From the NCBI GenBank assembly GCA_024640885.1, contig JAHEEC010000007.1:1239-65238 (forward strand): a stretch of 64,000 nt of DNA, given 5' to 3'. The stretch is from Bacteroidota bacterium (GTDB lineage Bacteria > Bacteroidota > Bacteroidia > Bacteroidales > GCA-2748055). Shown here in pieces: positions 21,525 to 32,537 of this stretch. Made by a program: the position numbers and the translations under genes. Numbering within the stretch: the first letter of the stretch is position 1; every line of letters begins with the position of its first letter. Below the pieces are notes generated by a model. The model did not search any database. It was not told the origin of the DNA and saw only the letters and a list, made by a program, of their open reading frames with translations.

Positions 21525-23333
21525 TTATTTTCTTAAAAGGTGTTCCTGTACCATTCCGGCTCTCTCCAGTCCGATCTCCCCGGCAAGCTCTTCCAGCGAA
21601 GCACTTTCAATCCCTTCAAGGGATTTGAACTTTACAAATAACTTTTCAATGCTTTTTGGCCCGATACCGGCAATCCTTTCCAGTGAGGAAGCGGTCATTG
21701 AACCAGACCTCTTTTGCCTGTGGAAGGCGATCCCAAATCGATGCGCTTCGTTTCGGAGGTTTTGAATCAGTTTTAAGGATTCTGAACTCTTATCGATATA
21801 AAGCGGGACAGGATCATCGGGAAAATAGATCTCTTCCAGCCTCTTCGCAATACCAATAATGGCGATGGTCCCGCGCAATCCAAGTTTTTCAAGGCTCTTT
21901 AATGCGGCACTAAGCTGCCCCTTCCCCCCGTCGATTATGATCAGCTGAGGCAATTGCTGCTCCTCTTCGAGCAACCTTTTGTACCTCCTGAAAACCACCT
22001 CCTCCATGGAGGCAAAATCATCAATACCTGTTACACTTTTGATATTGTAGTGCCGGTAATCTTTTTTTGAGGGTTTGCCCTGCTTAAAAACCACACAGGC
22101 AGCTACCGGGGCGCTTCCCTGCATATTGCTGTTGTCAAAACATTCAATATGAAGAGGCCTTTCATTTAACCTGAGATCTGCCTGGAGGGTAGTGAGAATC
22201 CGGTCAGCTGTGCCAGGCTGTTTTCGGGTGGTGGCCCTTTTCTTCTTTTCCAACCTGTAACTTCGGGCATTTCGTTCAGAAAGTTCCAGTAATTTCTTTT
22301 TATCTCCCCGGCGGGGCACGGTGATCCTGTTTTCAGGGAAATAGGCCTGCAGGTCTATGGGAATTATTAATTCCCTGGAGCTGCTTTCAATCCTTTGCCT
22401 CAGATCCGTGACAGCAAATGCGAGCAAATCCTCATCGGATTCATCAAGCTTCTTTTTAATCTCCACCGTGTGAGCCTGAATAACCGCACCCTTTACAACC
22501 TTTAAGAAATTCACATATGCCTCCTTCTCATCACTCACTATGCTGAATACATCCACATCGTGTATGGAAGGATTTACAATGGTGGATTTGCTCTGGTACC
22601 TGGAGAGGATCTCTATCTTCTCTTTAAACTGATTGGCCTCCTCGAACCGGAATGACGCTGCGCGTTTATCCATCTCCCCTTTCAGGTAATGAATCACCTC
22701 ATTCAGGTTTCCCTTGATAATCTCCCTGATCTGTTCTATGGTTTCATCGTAATCCGCCTCGGGTTGCAATTGTTCGCAGGGTCCCTTACAATTGCCAATA
22801 TGGTACTCAAGACATACCTTAAATTTCTTCTGTTGAATGTTCTCCCTTGTAAGTGAAAGTTTACAGGTTCTAAGTTGATACATCTGCCTGATGAGGGACA
22901 ATAGAATTTTAACCGAATAGGCGGAAGTGTATGGCCCATAATACCTGGATCCGTCTTCCATCACGTTCCGGGTTGAAAAGACCCTGGGGAAGGGTTCCTT
23001 TTTTATACAGATCCATGGAAATGTTTTATCATCCTTGAGAAGGATGTTATAGCGGGGTTGGTGTTTTTTGATCAGGTTGTTTTCCAGCAGGAGCGCATCG
23101 GATTCACTATTCACCACGATGTGTTTTATCTCCCATATTTTATCGACCAGCACTTTGACCTTATAGGATTCAAATTTCTTTTTGTTGAAATATGAAGAGA
23201 CCCGCTTTTTCAGGTTCTTTGCCTTGCCGATATAAATTATGATCCCCTTATGATCATAAAACTGATAGACTCCGGGCTGATCCGGCAAAGAGGTAATCAA
23301 TGTTTGAATATGGGTTTGAACTTGCTTATCCAT
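21525..23333 (-). CDS. uvrC: Excinuclease ABC subunit C
   Basis: PGVYQF..YIGKAKNL GIY-YIG, ECFDNS, IDGGKGQL, RNEAHRF, HhH. Confidence 0.97.
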   Translation of the reverse strand: MDKQVQTHIQTLITSLPDQPGVYQFYDHKGIIIYIGKAKNLKKRVSSYFNKKKFESYKVKVLVDKIWEIKHIVVNSESDALLLENNLIKKHQPRYNILLKDDKTFPWICIKKEPFPRVFSTRNVMEDGSRYYGPYTSAYSVKILLSLIRQMYQLRTCKLSLTRENIQQKKFKVCLEYHIGNCKGPCEQLQPEADYDETIEQIREIIKGNLNEVIHYLKGEMDKRAASFRFEEANQFKEKIEILSRYQSKSTIVNPSIHDVDVFSIVSDEKEAYVNFLKVVKGAVIQAHTVEIKKKLDESDEDLLAFAVTDLRQRIESSSRELIIPIDLQAYFPENRITVPRRGDKKKLLELSERNARSYRLEKKKRATTRKQPGTADRILTTLQADLRLNERPLHIECFDNSNMQGSAPVAACVVFKQGKPSKKDYRHYNIKSVTGIDDFASMEEVVFRRYKRLLEEEQQLPQLIIIDGGKGQLSAALKSLEKLGLRGTIAIIGIAKRLEEIYFPDDPVPLYIDKSSESLKLIQNLRNEAHRFGIAFHRQKRSGSMTASSLERIAGIGPKSIEKLFVKFKSLEGIESASLEELAGEIGLERAGMVQEHLLRK

Positions 23334-23545
23334 GACAAAATTCACCTCCGGTGGGCTTGTTTTTCCCTCCTGTGGCCCGGGACCTGGTCAAATATGCGAT
23401 TCTCCGAGCCTTAAAAGGGTTAATTTTTAGTGCATTTTCTTTTATAATTGATTCATACAGAAAATGTTTAACCGACCGCCTCTTCCACGTACGGGGCATG
23501 CAAAATATTTCAATCTACGTGAAAATCCAGGCATTTATTGCCAAT

Positions 23546-24103
23546 CTAAGCTCCCCTGAAGGAGATTATGGACTCCACGTCATATTTTTCCAATTTCCTC
23601 CTTCCGTGAAGGTCGGGCAACTCCACAAGGAATAAAACTTTCAGTACGACCCCTCCAAGTTCTTCCACCAATTTGCATCCCGCTTCAGCGGTCCCCCCTG
23701 TGGCCAGAAGATCATCCACAATCACGATCCTCTCTCCATGTTTGATGGCATCTTCATGAACCTCCAGGGCATCTTCACCGTACTCAAGCATATAATTGAC
23801 TCGCCTTTTCTTATAAGGCAATTTTCCAGGCTTCCGCATCATCACCACTCCGCCACCAAGTTTTCCTGAAAGCGCCCCGGCCAACAAAAATCCGCGGGCC
23901 TCTATCCCGGCAAATTTATCATAAGAAATGATCCCGGATGCTGCGTCGGACATCAAACCTGCCATTAAATTCAATGCAATTGCCATGGATTCCCCATCCT
24001 GGAAAATGGTTGTGAGGTCCCTGAAAACAATTCCTTTCTTTGGATAATCGCTGATGGACCTTGTGCTCTTTATTAAATGCGCTATGGCTTCCTGTTTGTT
24101 CAT
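23546..24103 (-). CDS. apt: Adenine phosphoribosyltransferase
   Basis: DYPKKGIVFRD, EARGF, RKPGKLP, VDDLLATGGT; start taken at ATG 24103. Confidence 0.95.
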   Translation of the reverse strand: MNKQEAIAHLIKSTRSISDYPKKGIVFRDLTTIFQDGESMAIALNLMAGLMSDAASGIISYDKFAGIEARGFLLAGALSGKLGGGVVMMRKPGKLPYKKRRVNYMLEYGEDALEVHEDAIKHGERIVIVDDLLATGGTAEAGCKLVEELGGVVLKVLFLVELPDLHGRRKLEKYDVESIISFRGA

Positions 24104-24143
24104 CTTGTGGTTCCTGAATGGAATGATGAAATATAGCCCAAAA

Positions 24144-24159
24144 TGTTCCACGTGGAACT
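24144..24159. promoter_or_regulatory. parS-like centromere site
   Basis: TGTTCCACGTGGAACT is a 15/16 match to the palindromic parS TGTTCCACGTGGAACA and sits at the 3' end of mnmG. Confidence 0.75.
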
Positions 24160-26032
24160 ATCGGCCCATATAAATTAATAACACACTGATATCACTTGGA
24201 GAAACACCGGAAATCCTGGAAGCCTGACCAATGGTTCCCGGCTTTAACTTGCTAAGTTTTTGCCTGGCTTCGGTAGAAAGGCTTTTCAACCTGTGATAAT
24301 CAAAATTTTCATCCAACCTGATGCGTTCAAGCCTTTTGATCTTATCCGCCATCTGCCGTTCTCTGACAATATACCCTTCATACTTGATGGAAATTTCTGC
24401 CGCCTCGAGGATTTCATCCCCCCTTCTGCCGCATTCCTCGTAAAGCTTCTTTAACCCCGGGATCTCATGGATGAGGTCCCACAAAGATACCTGAGGCCGT
24501 TTTACAACTTCAATCAATTTCATTTTTTGACGCAGTGGCGAAGTCCCGGCTGAGGTAAGAAATCCATTGATCATTTCTGGTGATATGCTCGTCTCCTCCA
24601 TGAACACCACCAGGGACTCGACCAGCTTTCTTTTTTCTTTAAGCAAGGCCACCCTTTCTTCGCCAGCCAATCCTATCATTGCACTAAGCTCGGTGAGCCG
24701 TTCATCGGCATTATCCTGACGAAGTAAAATCCTGTATTCAGCCCTCGAGGTGAACATCCTGTAAGGTTCATCCACCCCTTTTGTCACCAGGTCATCAATC
24801 AAAACTCCTATATATGCCTGATCCCGTCCCAGTACAAACTCCTGGTCTCCCCGTACCCTTAAACCGGCATTTATACCAGCCATCAATCCCTGCGCCCCTG
24901 CCTCTTCATAACCAGTGGTTCCATTGATCTGTCCTGCAAAATACAAGTTTGGCAAGTGTTTAGTTTCAAGTGTATGGTACAACTGGGTGGGGGGATAATA
25001 ATCGTATTCGATGGCATATCCGGGTCTGAAAATTTTCACTTTCTCCAGTCCTTCCACCTGAAGGAGCGCTTTGTATTGCACCTCCCAGGGCAATGAGGAT
25101 GAAAACCCATTGATGTAATATTCCACTGTATTCAATCCTTCGGGTTCCAGGAATAACTGGTGCTGCTCCTTTTCGGAAAATGTAACAATCTTGTCCTCTA
25201 TGCTCGGACAATACCGAGGACCGATGCTCTCAATGGTACCATTAAACATGGGGCTCTGATCAAAACCCTTTTCCAGTTCTGAGTGGACGGTAAGGTTTGT
25301 ATAGGCTATGTAACAGCTTTTATGATTGGTGTAGTCTACCTGGTGATCCAGGTAGCTGAATTTCCTCTGCTCCTTGTCCCCCGGCTGTTCCTGCAATTTC
25401 TTAAAATCGATGCTTCTGCCATCAATTCTTGCCGGCGTCCCGGTTTTCATCCTGCCCACCTCAAATCCGTGATCCCTGAGCTGTTCGCTCAATCCGTAGG
25501 CCGGGGGCTCTCCCATTCTTCCGCCCTGCAATTTGACACTCCCCACATGGATTAATCCGTTGATAAATGTACCCGCGGTAAGGATCACTTTCCTGGAGTA
25601 AAATCTTATTCCCATTCCAGTCTCCACACCCCTTACCTTCCCCTCCTCAATCACAAGGCTTGTAACTTTATCCTGCCAGAACTCAAGCTTTTCAATTCCC
25701 TCAAGGACTTTTCTCCACTCCAAAGTAAAGGTTGCCCTGTCACACTGTGCCCTGGGGCTCCACATGGCCGGACCCTTGCTTCTGTTCAACATCCTGAACT
25801 GGATCATGGACCGGTCGGTGACAATGCCAGAATAACCTCCAATTGCGTCTATCTCCCTGATTATCTGCCCCTTAGCAACTCCCCCCATGGCCGGATTGCA
25901 TGACATCTGTGCAAATTTTGTCATATCCATGGTGATCAACAGGGTTCTGCAACCCATATTGCCCGCAGCAGAAGCAGCCTCGCAGCCCGCATGCCCGCCG
26001 CCTACCACAATCACGTCATATTCTGAATTCAT
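24158..26032 (-). CDS. mnmG: tRNA uridine-5-carboxymethylaminomethyl modification enzyme MnmG (GidA)
   Basis: GGGHAGCEA, SCNPAMGG, GPRYCPSIEDK, GQINGTTGYEEA, EPYRMFTSRAE. Confidence 0.98.
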   Translation of the reverse strand: MNSEYDVIVVGGGHAGCEAASAAGNMGCRTLLITMDMTKFAQMSCNPAMGGVAKGQIIREIDAIGGYSGIVTDRSMIQFRMLNRSKGPAMWSPRAQCDRATFTLEWRKVLEGIEKLEFWQDKVTSLVIEEGKVRGVETGMGIRFYSRKVILTAGTFINGLIHVGSVKLQGGRMGEPPAYGLSEQLRDHGFEVGRMKTGTPARIDGRSIDFKKLQEQPGDKEQRKFSYLDHQVDYTNHKSCYIAYTNLTVHSELEKGFDQSPMFNGTIESIGPRYCPSIEDKIVTFSEKEQHQLFLEPEGLNTVEYYINGFSSSLPWEVQYKALLQVEGLEKVKIFRPGYAIEYDYYPPTQLYHTLETKHLPNLYFAGQINGTTGYEEAGAQGLMAGINAGLRVRGDQEFVLGRDQAYIGVLIDDLVTKGVDEPYRMFTSRAEYRILLRQDNADERLTELSAMIGLAGEERVALLKEKRKLVESLVVFMEETSISPEMINGFLTSAGTSPLRQKMKLIEVVKRPQVSLWDLIHEIPGLKKLYEECGRRGDEILEAAEISIKYEGYIVRERQMADKIKRLERIRLDENFDYHRLKSLSTEARQKLSKLKPGTIGQASRISGVSPSDISVLLIYMGR

Positions 26033-26459
26033 TCTTAACCAGTTTCAACCACAAATGTAATGCTTCATTTTCCTTTTCCCGCATCCCCTCCTTCTCCGCT
26101 GACGATCCATCGTGATATCCCATGAGGTGCAGCACCCCATGGATCATCACCCTTCTTAGTTCTTCCCCCATGCTGACACGGTAAAATTCAGCATTCTCCA
26201 TCACCTGATCAATGCTGATAAAAATATCTCCTGAAGTGATGTTTTCATCGCCATACTCAAAAGTGATAACGTCTGTAAAATGATTGTGGTTCAAATATTC
26301 CTGGTTCATGAGCCTGAGCTGCTCATTGGAAGTAAAAATAAAATTCAGGGGACCCTGAATTTTTCCTTCGGATTCGATCCATTGGCGAATCCACTTTTTA
26401 TGCCTGATCTTCTTTTCTAAATCAAATGAAATTCCTTCACTATGAAAGCATATTGCCAC
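26016..26459 (-). CDS. ybeY: rRNA maturation endoribonuclease YbeY
   Basis: TDVITF, GDIFIS, HGVLHLMGYHD. Confidence 0.95.
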   Translation of the reverse strand: MAICFHSEGISFDLEKKIRHKKWIRQWIESEGKIQGPLNFIFTSNEQLRLMNQEYLNHNHFTDVITFEYGDENITSGDIFISIDQVMENAEFYRVSMGEELRRVMIHGVLHLMGYHDGSSAEKEGMREKENEALHLWLKLVKNEFRI

Positions 26460-26854
26460 TATAATTTGAACTTAAGCTCGACAATGCGCCCCTGGTCCAG
26501 GTAAAGAATCTCATCGGAAAGCCGCTCCATAAGGAAGATTCCTCTCCCGTTGATCTTCTCCAGGTTCTCCGGTGCCGTTGGATCCGGCACATTCTTGTGG
26601 TCAAATCCCTTGCCCTGATCCTCTATATGGACCTTCAACTCTTTCTCCTCAAGACGAATCTTAATGGACACTTTCTTATTTGGATCGGAATTGTTCCCGT
26701 GAATAATGGCATTATTCGTAGCCTCCATGGTAGCAACCAGCACATTTCCATACACCTCATCACTCAGATCAAGTTCAAGCGAGAGATCGTCAATTGCTTT
26801 TTCCACCAATCTCAGGTTCCCAATTTCAGAGGGAATATTAAGGTCTTTTATCAT
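26459..26854 (-). CDS. RsbW-like anti-sigma factor / HATPase_c protein
   Basis: EATNNAIIHGN, DQGKGFD, GRGIFLM. Confidence 0.85.
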   Translation of the reverse strand: MIKDLNIPSEIGNLRLVEKAIDDLSLELDLSDEVYGNVLVATMEATNNAIIHGNNSDPNKKVSIKIRLEEKELKVHIEDQGKGFDHKNVPDPTAPENLEKINGRGIFLMERLSDEILYLDQGRIVELKFKL

Positions 26855-26913
26855 AGTAATTCCTGTGGACGGTTCTTATACGGTGGTACCCCTCCAAAGG
26901 TTCCAAAAAAAGA

Positions 26914-28101
26914 TTATTTGCTAAGCCACTCTTCAGGATTTAGAATGCTTCGTTCCTGCCAGACCTCCAGATGGACCATTGAAATATCCTTTTTGTCATC
27001 GGAAAAAGCTTCTCCTATGACCTCTTTTGTAAGCACTTTATCCCCTGTTTTTACCCTCACATTCACCAGGTTCTGATACACAGACAAAAATTCACCGTGC
27101 CTGATAAGTACCGTATAGTTTGCTCCCAGGATGGCGAACACTTTTGTCACATCTCCTTCAAAAATTGCCCTTACTTCAGTACCCGCAGCACTGTGGATGT
27201 CGATCCCATTATTCTTTACACTTGATCCCACCAAACCCGGAAATTCATGGTCCCCGAACCCGGTGGTGATGATTCCCCTGTCCACAGGCCAGGGAAGCTT
27301 TCCCTTATTCCTTTTGAAATCATTCCCCACAAGCTCCTGCTCCGGGGTAAGAGCTGCATATATATTGGAAGAATTCAGTTTTCTTGCCTCTTCCTCTATA
27401 ATCTCCCTTATCTTCGTTTCCAGCTCCCTGGCAATCCTCTCCTTCTCTTCGATCTCCTTTTTTAACCTGCTCTCCTGCCTTTTTAATTCATTCACCATTC
27501 CGGCCTGTTCGCTTCTCTGGCTTTCAAGCTTCCCCTGTTCACTCTCCTTCTCCTCAAGCACCGCGAGTTTATCACTCTTTAGTCCGTTCAGCTCCTCCTT
27601 TTTCTGAGCCAGCGTGATGATCAGGGCCTCAATTTCAGCGGCCTTTTTCACCCTGTACTCACTAATATACTTGAGGTATTTATACCTTTGATAAGATTGT
27701 GAAATTGTCGTCCCGGCCAGGATATACATCAGCTTCTCATAGTTGGTGTGGTTCCTGTAAGCATAATAGATCAACCGGGCATACTCCTCCCGGTTCTTCT
27801 CGTTCTCACTGGTAAGCTTGCGTATCTGGCTCTCTGTTTCAGCAATATCTGTATTGATCAATCCCACCTCCTGTTCCAGTGTCTTGATTAACCGGTCCCT
27901 TGAGCTGATCCCCTGTTGAAGGATTCGAATGCGCTGTGCGGAACTGCTTCTTTTTTCAGCTGTTTTTTCCATCAGTTCCCTGGCCAGCTTGATATCGTCA
28001 AAGGCCCTCTGCTTTTGCTGCTGCAGATCCTCCTTTGTTTGACCTGAGAGGTGGGCCACCACGAGGGCCCCAAAAAAGAAAAAAGCCAATACTCTTCTCA
28101 T
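26914..28101 (-). CDS. envC: EnvC-family murein hydrolase activator (coiled coil plus degenerate M23 domain)
   Basis: Signal peptide, long coiled coil, KGKLPWPV, NNGIDI, HLEVW. Confidence 0.85.
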   Translation of the reverse strand: MRRVLAFFFFGALVVAHLSGQTKEDLQQQKQRAFDDIKLARELMEKTAEKRSSSAQRIRILQQGISSRDRLIKTLEQEVGLINTDIAETESQIRKLTSENEKNREEYARLIYYAYRNHTNYEKLMYILAGTTISQSYQRYKYLKYISEYRVKKAAEIEALIITLAQKKEELNGLKSDKLAVLEEKESEQGKLESQRSEQAGMVNELKRQESRLKKEIEEKERIARELETKIREIIEEEARKLNSSNIYAALTPEQELVGNDFKRNKGKLPWPVDRGIITTGFGDHEFPGLVGSSVKNNGIDIHSAAGTEVRAIFEGDVTKVFAILGANYTVLIRHGEFLSVYQNLVNVRVKTGDKVLTKEVIGEAFSDDKKDISMVHLEVWQERSILNPEEWLSK

Positions 28102-28838
28102 CTCAATTCTGTAAAGGTATATTTCCTGGGATTCACATCCATTTTAATCTCCAGCGGCCGATTATAAGTCACGGCTCCCCCCTTTGTCAAAATCTCAAAT
28201 TCTGTAATCATAAAGTTCGAATATACTTTAAATCCGTCATCTACCCTTTCTCCATTAAGGAATGACCTGGTCCGCTGGTGATAGAAATCAAACCGTGTCA
28301 GCTGCAAAAGATCCCGGTTTAAGTACAATCTCTTTTTAATATATTCCTCGTCAAAATCAAACTCAATGGTTTTTTCCATGTCATCACGAGCCAGCTCCAT
28401 GTCATCACACAGGTAATACCTGCTGACCAGGTTCTGTAAATCCCTGAAATTTACGGGATACTGGTATCCAAAACGCCTTTCTAAAGGTGCCCGGTATACA
28501 ATTCGGTTTAACCTGTTGATCACTTTGATGGAATCGCTCATGACACTGGCCCTTAGGATCTCATATCCGCTGTTTACAGCCGAAAGGTACAGGATGGAAT
28601 CCTTCCTGGAATAAAGGGTCAGCGTCACCTCATACCTTTCACCATCAAATATCAGCATGGCCTCCGCCTTGCTGATGAGGATACTCTGAATGGTATCCAG
28701 CGCCACACACTGCGATGCAAGCCCTTTAACTCCTTTTATCTCGGGAATATCTGCTTTCTGAATCTCTTTTACCGTCCTGCACTGGTAAAAGAGAAGTCCC
28801 ATTGCCACAAGTATCAGCCACAGGCCCCTATTCATCAC
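28098..28838 (-). CDS. DUF4292-like lipoprotein
   Basis: Lipobox-like LLFYQC; position in the dut-TPR-X-envC cluster; DSIKVINRLN. Confidence 0.65.
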   Translation of the reverse strand: MMNRGLWLILVAMGLLFYQCRTVKEIQKADIPEIKGVKGLASQCVALDTIQSILISKAEAMLIFDGERYEVTLTLYSRKDSILYLSAVNSGYEILRASVMSDSIKVINRLNRIVYRAPLERRFGYQYPVNFRDLQNLVSRYYLCDDMELARDDMEKTIEFDFDEEYIKKRLYLNRDLLQLTRFDFYHQRTRSFLNGERVDDGFKVYSNFMITEFEILTKGGAVTYNRPLEIKMDVNPRKYTFTELR

Positions 28839-30561
28839 CAGTGCTTTTAAGCCTCTCTATTTTCTCCTCCAGATTATCCTGGTCTCCACCAAGAAGGATT
28901 GCCTTTCGGTAATAGGCTTCAGCGACCTTGTAGCTTTCCAGGGCCATCTGAATGTCGCCAGCGTGTTCATTCACCTCCGGATCATTTTCCCCTCCCTTCT
29001 GAAGGGCATCCAGGATATATTGCTCTGCCTCATCAAACTTCTTCAGCTTGAAAAGCACCCAGGCATAAGTGTCCAGGAAGGTGGCGTTTCCGGGATTGTT
29101 GGTAATGGCCCGTTTGCTCCATTCCCTGGCCCTTTCGAGTTTAGCCCCCCTTTCTGCCAGGTAATAACTGTAATTATTCAATACCGTAAAGTTGTCCGGT
29201 TCATCGGCGATCAGCGCCTCAAACAATGAATCCGACCTGGCAAAATCCTCAAGCCTGTAGAAGGCCTCTGCATACAACATCCTGGCCTGTGATGCGTACT
29301 CAATGGCAGAGAATCCCTTAAACGAAATCCCTTTAAAATTCTCAATGAGCAATTCATAATCACCTTTGTCGTAATAACCGATTCCCCTGAAAAAACGGAT
29401 GTCCACACTGTCAGGGTAATACCCGAGGGCCTGTCCCGAGATCAGGATCAATTCTTCATTCAAAGACGCCGCATTGGCAAGAAGAATGGCCTGCATGTAG
29501 ATCGGATAGCTTCCCCTGTTGGACTCCAGGTAGGTTTTCAGTTCAAAATAGGCCTCCTTGTACCTGCGCACTGCGATATAAAATTCTGTGGCCATCAAGC
29601 GGCCATCCGATTCCCCTGGATACACTTCCAAAAAGACCTGCACCAGATTTTCAAGTTCGTCGGGGTAGTTCTGTAGAAATTTCTCATCTGAAAGGTAGTA
29701 GGACATGATGGCCATCTTCCTTTTCAAATCGATCTGGTCGCTCCTGAATGAGCTGGCCAGGTACCTGAAACTGCTCCGGTAATCCTCTTTTTTCCGATAG
29801 TAATCCGTGAGGTTGGTAAGCGCGAAGATGTTGGTGCTGTCAATCTCCAGAATTTCCAGGTAATATTCCGCGGCATCCTCTTCCATTCCGCTTTTCATGC
29901 TGAGCTCTGCAGCTGCAATCCTGAACTGGATCGTCTCGGGAAAAAGGTTCATCACCTTCTCAATCTCCTGCCTTGCCAGGTCATAATTTTCTTCACTTTC
30001 ATAGATGGAGGCCTTCAGAAGGGTGATCTTCTCACTGAAACCCCTCTCTTTTTCGATTCCTTCCAGCAACCTGATCGATTTCCCTACCTTTCCCTGCGCA
30101 AAGTAAACCGTGGCCAACTGGTACTCCCACTCCACCTCATCGGGATCACTCTTGTGTTTCTCCTTCAAAATACCTGCAAGGGTTTCATAATCTTCCACAG
30201 CACCAAGGGCATTTGCATAAGCAAGGGTATACCATTGGTTGGCGGGATCAAGTGAGTAAGCTTTTTCGAGATTTTCCCTTGCCAGGTCCGGCTGTTGGGA
30301 CATCAGGTAGATGGTCCCCAGTTCATAATACGCCACCGCGCAATCTGGTTTATCGCCGATCACAAGCCCGTAAAGTTTCACCGCCTCAGAAAAATTCCCA
30401 AGGTTCTTTTGCTTGACCGCTTCGATAAGGGCATACTGATAGTCGTCATTCCCTTCTTTCTCCTGTCCTGCACAGTGCATGCCGCCCCAGAGCAGCCAAC
30501 CAATGAACAATATCAGGATCCCTCTTCCTTTTTTCATTCCATCTATTCCTCTTCCAATCAT
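28828..30561 (-). CDS. Tetratricopeptide repeat protein
   Basis: Multiple TPRs; LNNYSYYL, FLDTYAWVLF, EHAGDI. Confidence 0.88.
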   Translation of the reverse strand: MIGRGIDGMKKGRGILILFIGWLLWGGMHCAGQEKEGNDDYQYALIEAVKQKNLGNFSEAVKLYGLVIGDKPDCAVAYYELGTIYLMSQQPDLARENLEKAYSLDPANQWYTLAYANALGAVEDYETLAGILKEKHKSDPDEVEWEYQLATVYFAQGKVGKSIRLLEGIEKERGFSEKITLLKASIYESEENYDLARQEIEKVMNLFPETIQFRIAAAELSMKSGMEEDAAEYYLEILEIDSTNIFALTNLTDYYRKKEDYRSSFRYLASSFRSDQIDLKRKMAIMSYYLSDEKFLQNYPDELENLVQVFLEVYPGESDGRLMATEFYIAVRRYKEAYFELKTYLESNRGSYPIYMQAILLANAASLNEELILISGQALGYYPDSVDIRFFRGIGYYDKGDYELLIENFKGISFKGFSAIEYASQARMLYAEAFYRLEDFARSDSLFEALIADEPDNFTVLNNYSYYLAERGAKLERAREWSKRAITNNPGNATFLDTYAWVLFKLKKFDEAEQYILDALQKGGENDPEVNEHAGDIQMALESYKVAEAYYRKAILLGGDQDNLEEKIERLKSTGDE

Positions 30562-30575
30562 TATCCTAACGAAAT

Positions 30576-31010
30576 TTATCCTCTTCCCGTATGTCCGAAC
30601 CCACCGGCGCCCCTTTCAGAATCTTCCAGTGAATCGACCTGGCTCCAAGAAATCTTTTCCACCTTATTGACCACCATCTGGCAAATGCGTTCCCCGTCAT
30701 TGACCACAAAATCCAGGTCGGAAAGGTTGATCAGGATGATTCCGATCTCCCCCCTGTAGTCGGCATCAATGGTGCCTGGCGTGTTCACCACAGATATACC
30801 CTTTTTAAGGGAGAGTCCGCTTCTGGGCCGGATCTGAGCCTCAAAACCCTCAGGAAGCTCCATAAACAATCCGGTGGGAATCAATCTCCGCTCAAGTGGC
30901 TTCAATGTAACCGGTGAATCAAGGTTTGCCCTCAGGTCCATCCCAGCCGACAGGGGGGTACTGTATTCCGGGAGTGGGTGCCTGGAGCGGTTCACAATCT
31001 TTACCTCCAT
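30576..31010 (-). CDS. dut: dUTP diphosphatase
   Basis: [32 protein letters not shown]. Confidence 0.97.
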   Translation of the reverse strand: MEVKIVNRSRHPLPEYSTPLSAGMDLRANLDSPVTLKPLERRLIPTGLFMELPEGFEAQIRPRSGLSLKKGISVVNTPGTIDADYRGEIGIILINLSDLDFVVNDGERICQMVVNKVEKISWSQVDSLEDSERGAGGFGHTGRG

Positions 31011-31014
31011 ATCA

Positions 31015-32487
31015 TTATCCGTATTTATAGCTATTAAAGGTGCTCCTTTCTCTTACGAATATCACCACACTGAACAGGAGCATCAGGATCAATCCGGTCA
31101 TGTCCGAATATTTAAAGAGTTCATGCAAAAATAGTTCATTGGTAAAATATATCACCAATGCAAAGGCCATATAACCCATAATTCGTCCGGTCCTGTAAGG
31201 TACCGGATAATATTTGCGCGACCAAAGATAAGACAGCACCACCATGACACTGTAGCAGAGGAGGTGGGCCCAGGCCGAAGCCACGTATCCGTACCTGGGG
31301 ATAAATACCACATTGACCACCACCGTAATCAGGGCCCCAAGGATAACCAGCAGCGCGCCGATCATGGTTTTATTGGTCAGTTTATACCAGATGGAAAGGT
31401 TGAAGAAGATCCCCATGATCAGGTTGGCCATGAGGATCACCGGTACAATGTGGGCCCCTTCCCTGAAATCTTTTCCGATGAAAAGGATGAAATAATCCAG
31501 GTAGAGATTTACAAGCAGGAAGATGAACAATCCCGCCACCACGAAAAAAGTCATGATATCGGCATACAACCTCCGTGCGTTCTCTTCTCCCGATTTGGAG
31601 AAGAAAAAAGGTTCCGCCGCATATTTAAACATCTGGACAAACAGGGTCATCAGCACCGCCAGCTTGTAATTGGCCCCGTATATACCCAACAGTTCCATGG
31701 GATTCTGATCCGGGGGGATCAGGTGCTTTAGCAGGATCCTGTCCAGCGCCTCGTTCACCGTCCCTGCCAAACCTGCCACCAGCAATGGATAGGAATATCT
31801 GAACAGGATAGCCAGCATCTTTCGGTCGAAGGTTGACCTGAAGGCAGCAAGGATCTCCGTGGAGAGTAAAATGAGCTTGATCATTGATGCCACCAGGTTA
31901 GATATCAATACATAACCCACTCCGATATCGGCCTTATATACCAGCGAAACCAGCGAAGAATCCAGGTGCCTCGGACAATAGTAGAGAAAGAACAGGTTGA
32001 GTGCAATGTTAACCGAAACCTCCACGATGCGGATTACGGCATATTTAACCACCCTGTTGTACAACCGGATCCTGGCAAAGGGGATGGCGGTGAATGCATC
32101 TAAACCCACGATGATCGCCAGCCACCTGATGTATTCAGGATTGGCCCCATACCCCAGGATCCCGCTGACTGCCCCTCCCCAAATCCACATGATGACAATG
32201 AAAAGGGAAGAGGTGATGAACAGGGAACCAAGTACCGTAGCATACACCTTCTCCTTCTGTTCGGAGTTGCTGGCATACCTGAAATAACCTGTCTCCATCC
32301 CGTAGGTAAGGATCACGATCAGGAATACCACATAAGCATATAGCTCTGTGATCACCCCGTAGGTGGCTTTCTCGAACACCCGGGTGTAAAATGGGGTAAG
32401 CAACAGGTAATTGAGGAGCCTGGGTAAAACTATTCCCAGTCCGTATACCGCAGTCTGCCCGAAGAGTTGCTTAATGGGATTTTTCAA
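31015..32487 (-). CDS. Polysaccharide/oligosaccharide flippase (MOP/Wzx family)
   Basis: About 14 TM helices, [24 protein letters not shown]. Confidence 0.85.
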   Translation of the reverse strand: MKNPIKQLFGQTAVYGLGIVLPRLLNYLLLTPFYTRVFEKATYGVITELYAYVVFLIVILTYGMETGYFRYASNSEQKEKVYATVLGSLFITSSLFIVIMWIWGGAVSGILGYGANPEYIRWLAIIVGLDAFTAIPFARIRLYNRVVKYAVIRIVEVSVNIALNLFFLYYCPRHLDSSLVSLVYKADIGVGYVLISNLVASMIKLILLSTEILAAFRSTFDRKMLAILFRYSYPLLVAGLAGTVNEALDRILLKHLIPPDQNPMELLGIYGANYKLAVLMTLFVQMFKYAAEPFFFSKSGEENARRLYADIMTFFVVAGLFIFLLVNLYLDYFILFIGKDFREGAHIVPVILMANLIMGIFFNLSIWYKLTNKTMIGALLVILGALITVVVNVVFIPRYGYVASAWAHLLCYSVMVVLSYLWSRKYYPVPYRTGRIMGYMAFALVIYFTNELFLHELFKYSDMTGLILMLLFSVVIFVRERSTFNSYKYG

Positions 32488-32537
32488 GTGCTGGACAAAA
32501 TTTTGTAAAAGTACTATTATCTGCCGGATAAGGAAGA

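Noticed and set aside
23346-23545. 200-bp gap between apt and uvrC, and the 94-aa plus-strand ORF 23351-23635
   Set aside because: No recognisable RNA motif, repeat or protein feature; the ORF overlaps apt on the opposite strand
26866-26881. 16-bp exact repeat TGGACGGTTCTTATAC, also at 35426-35441
   Set aside because: One 16-mer match is about what chance predicts in 64 kb; the second copy is inside a cyclophilin motif and there is no att or IS context
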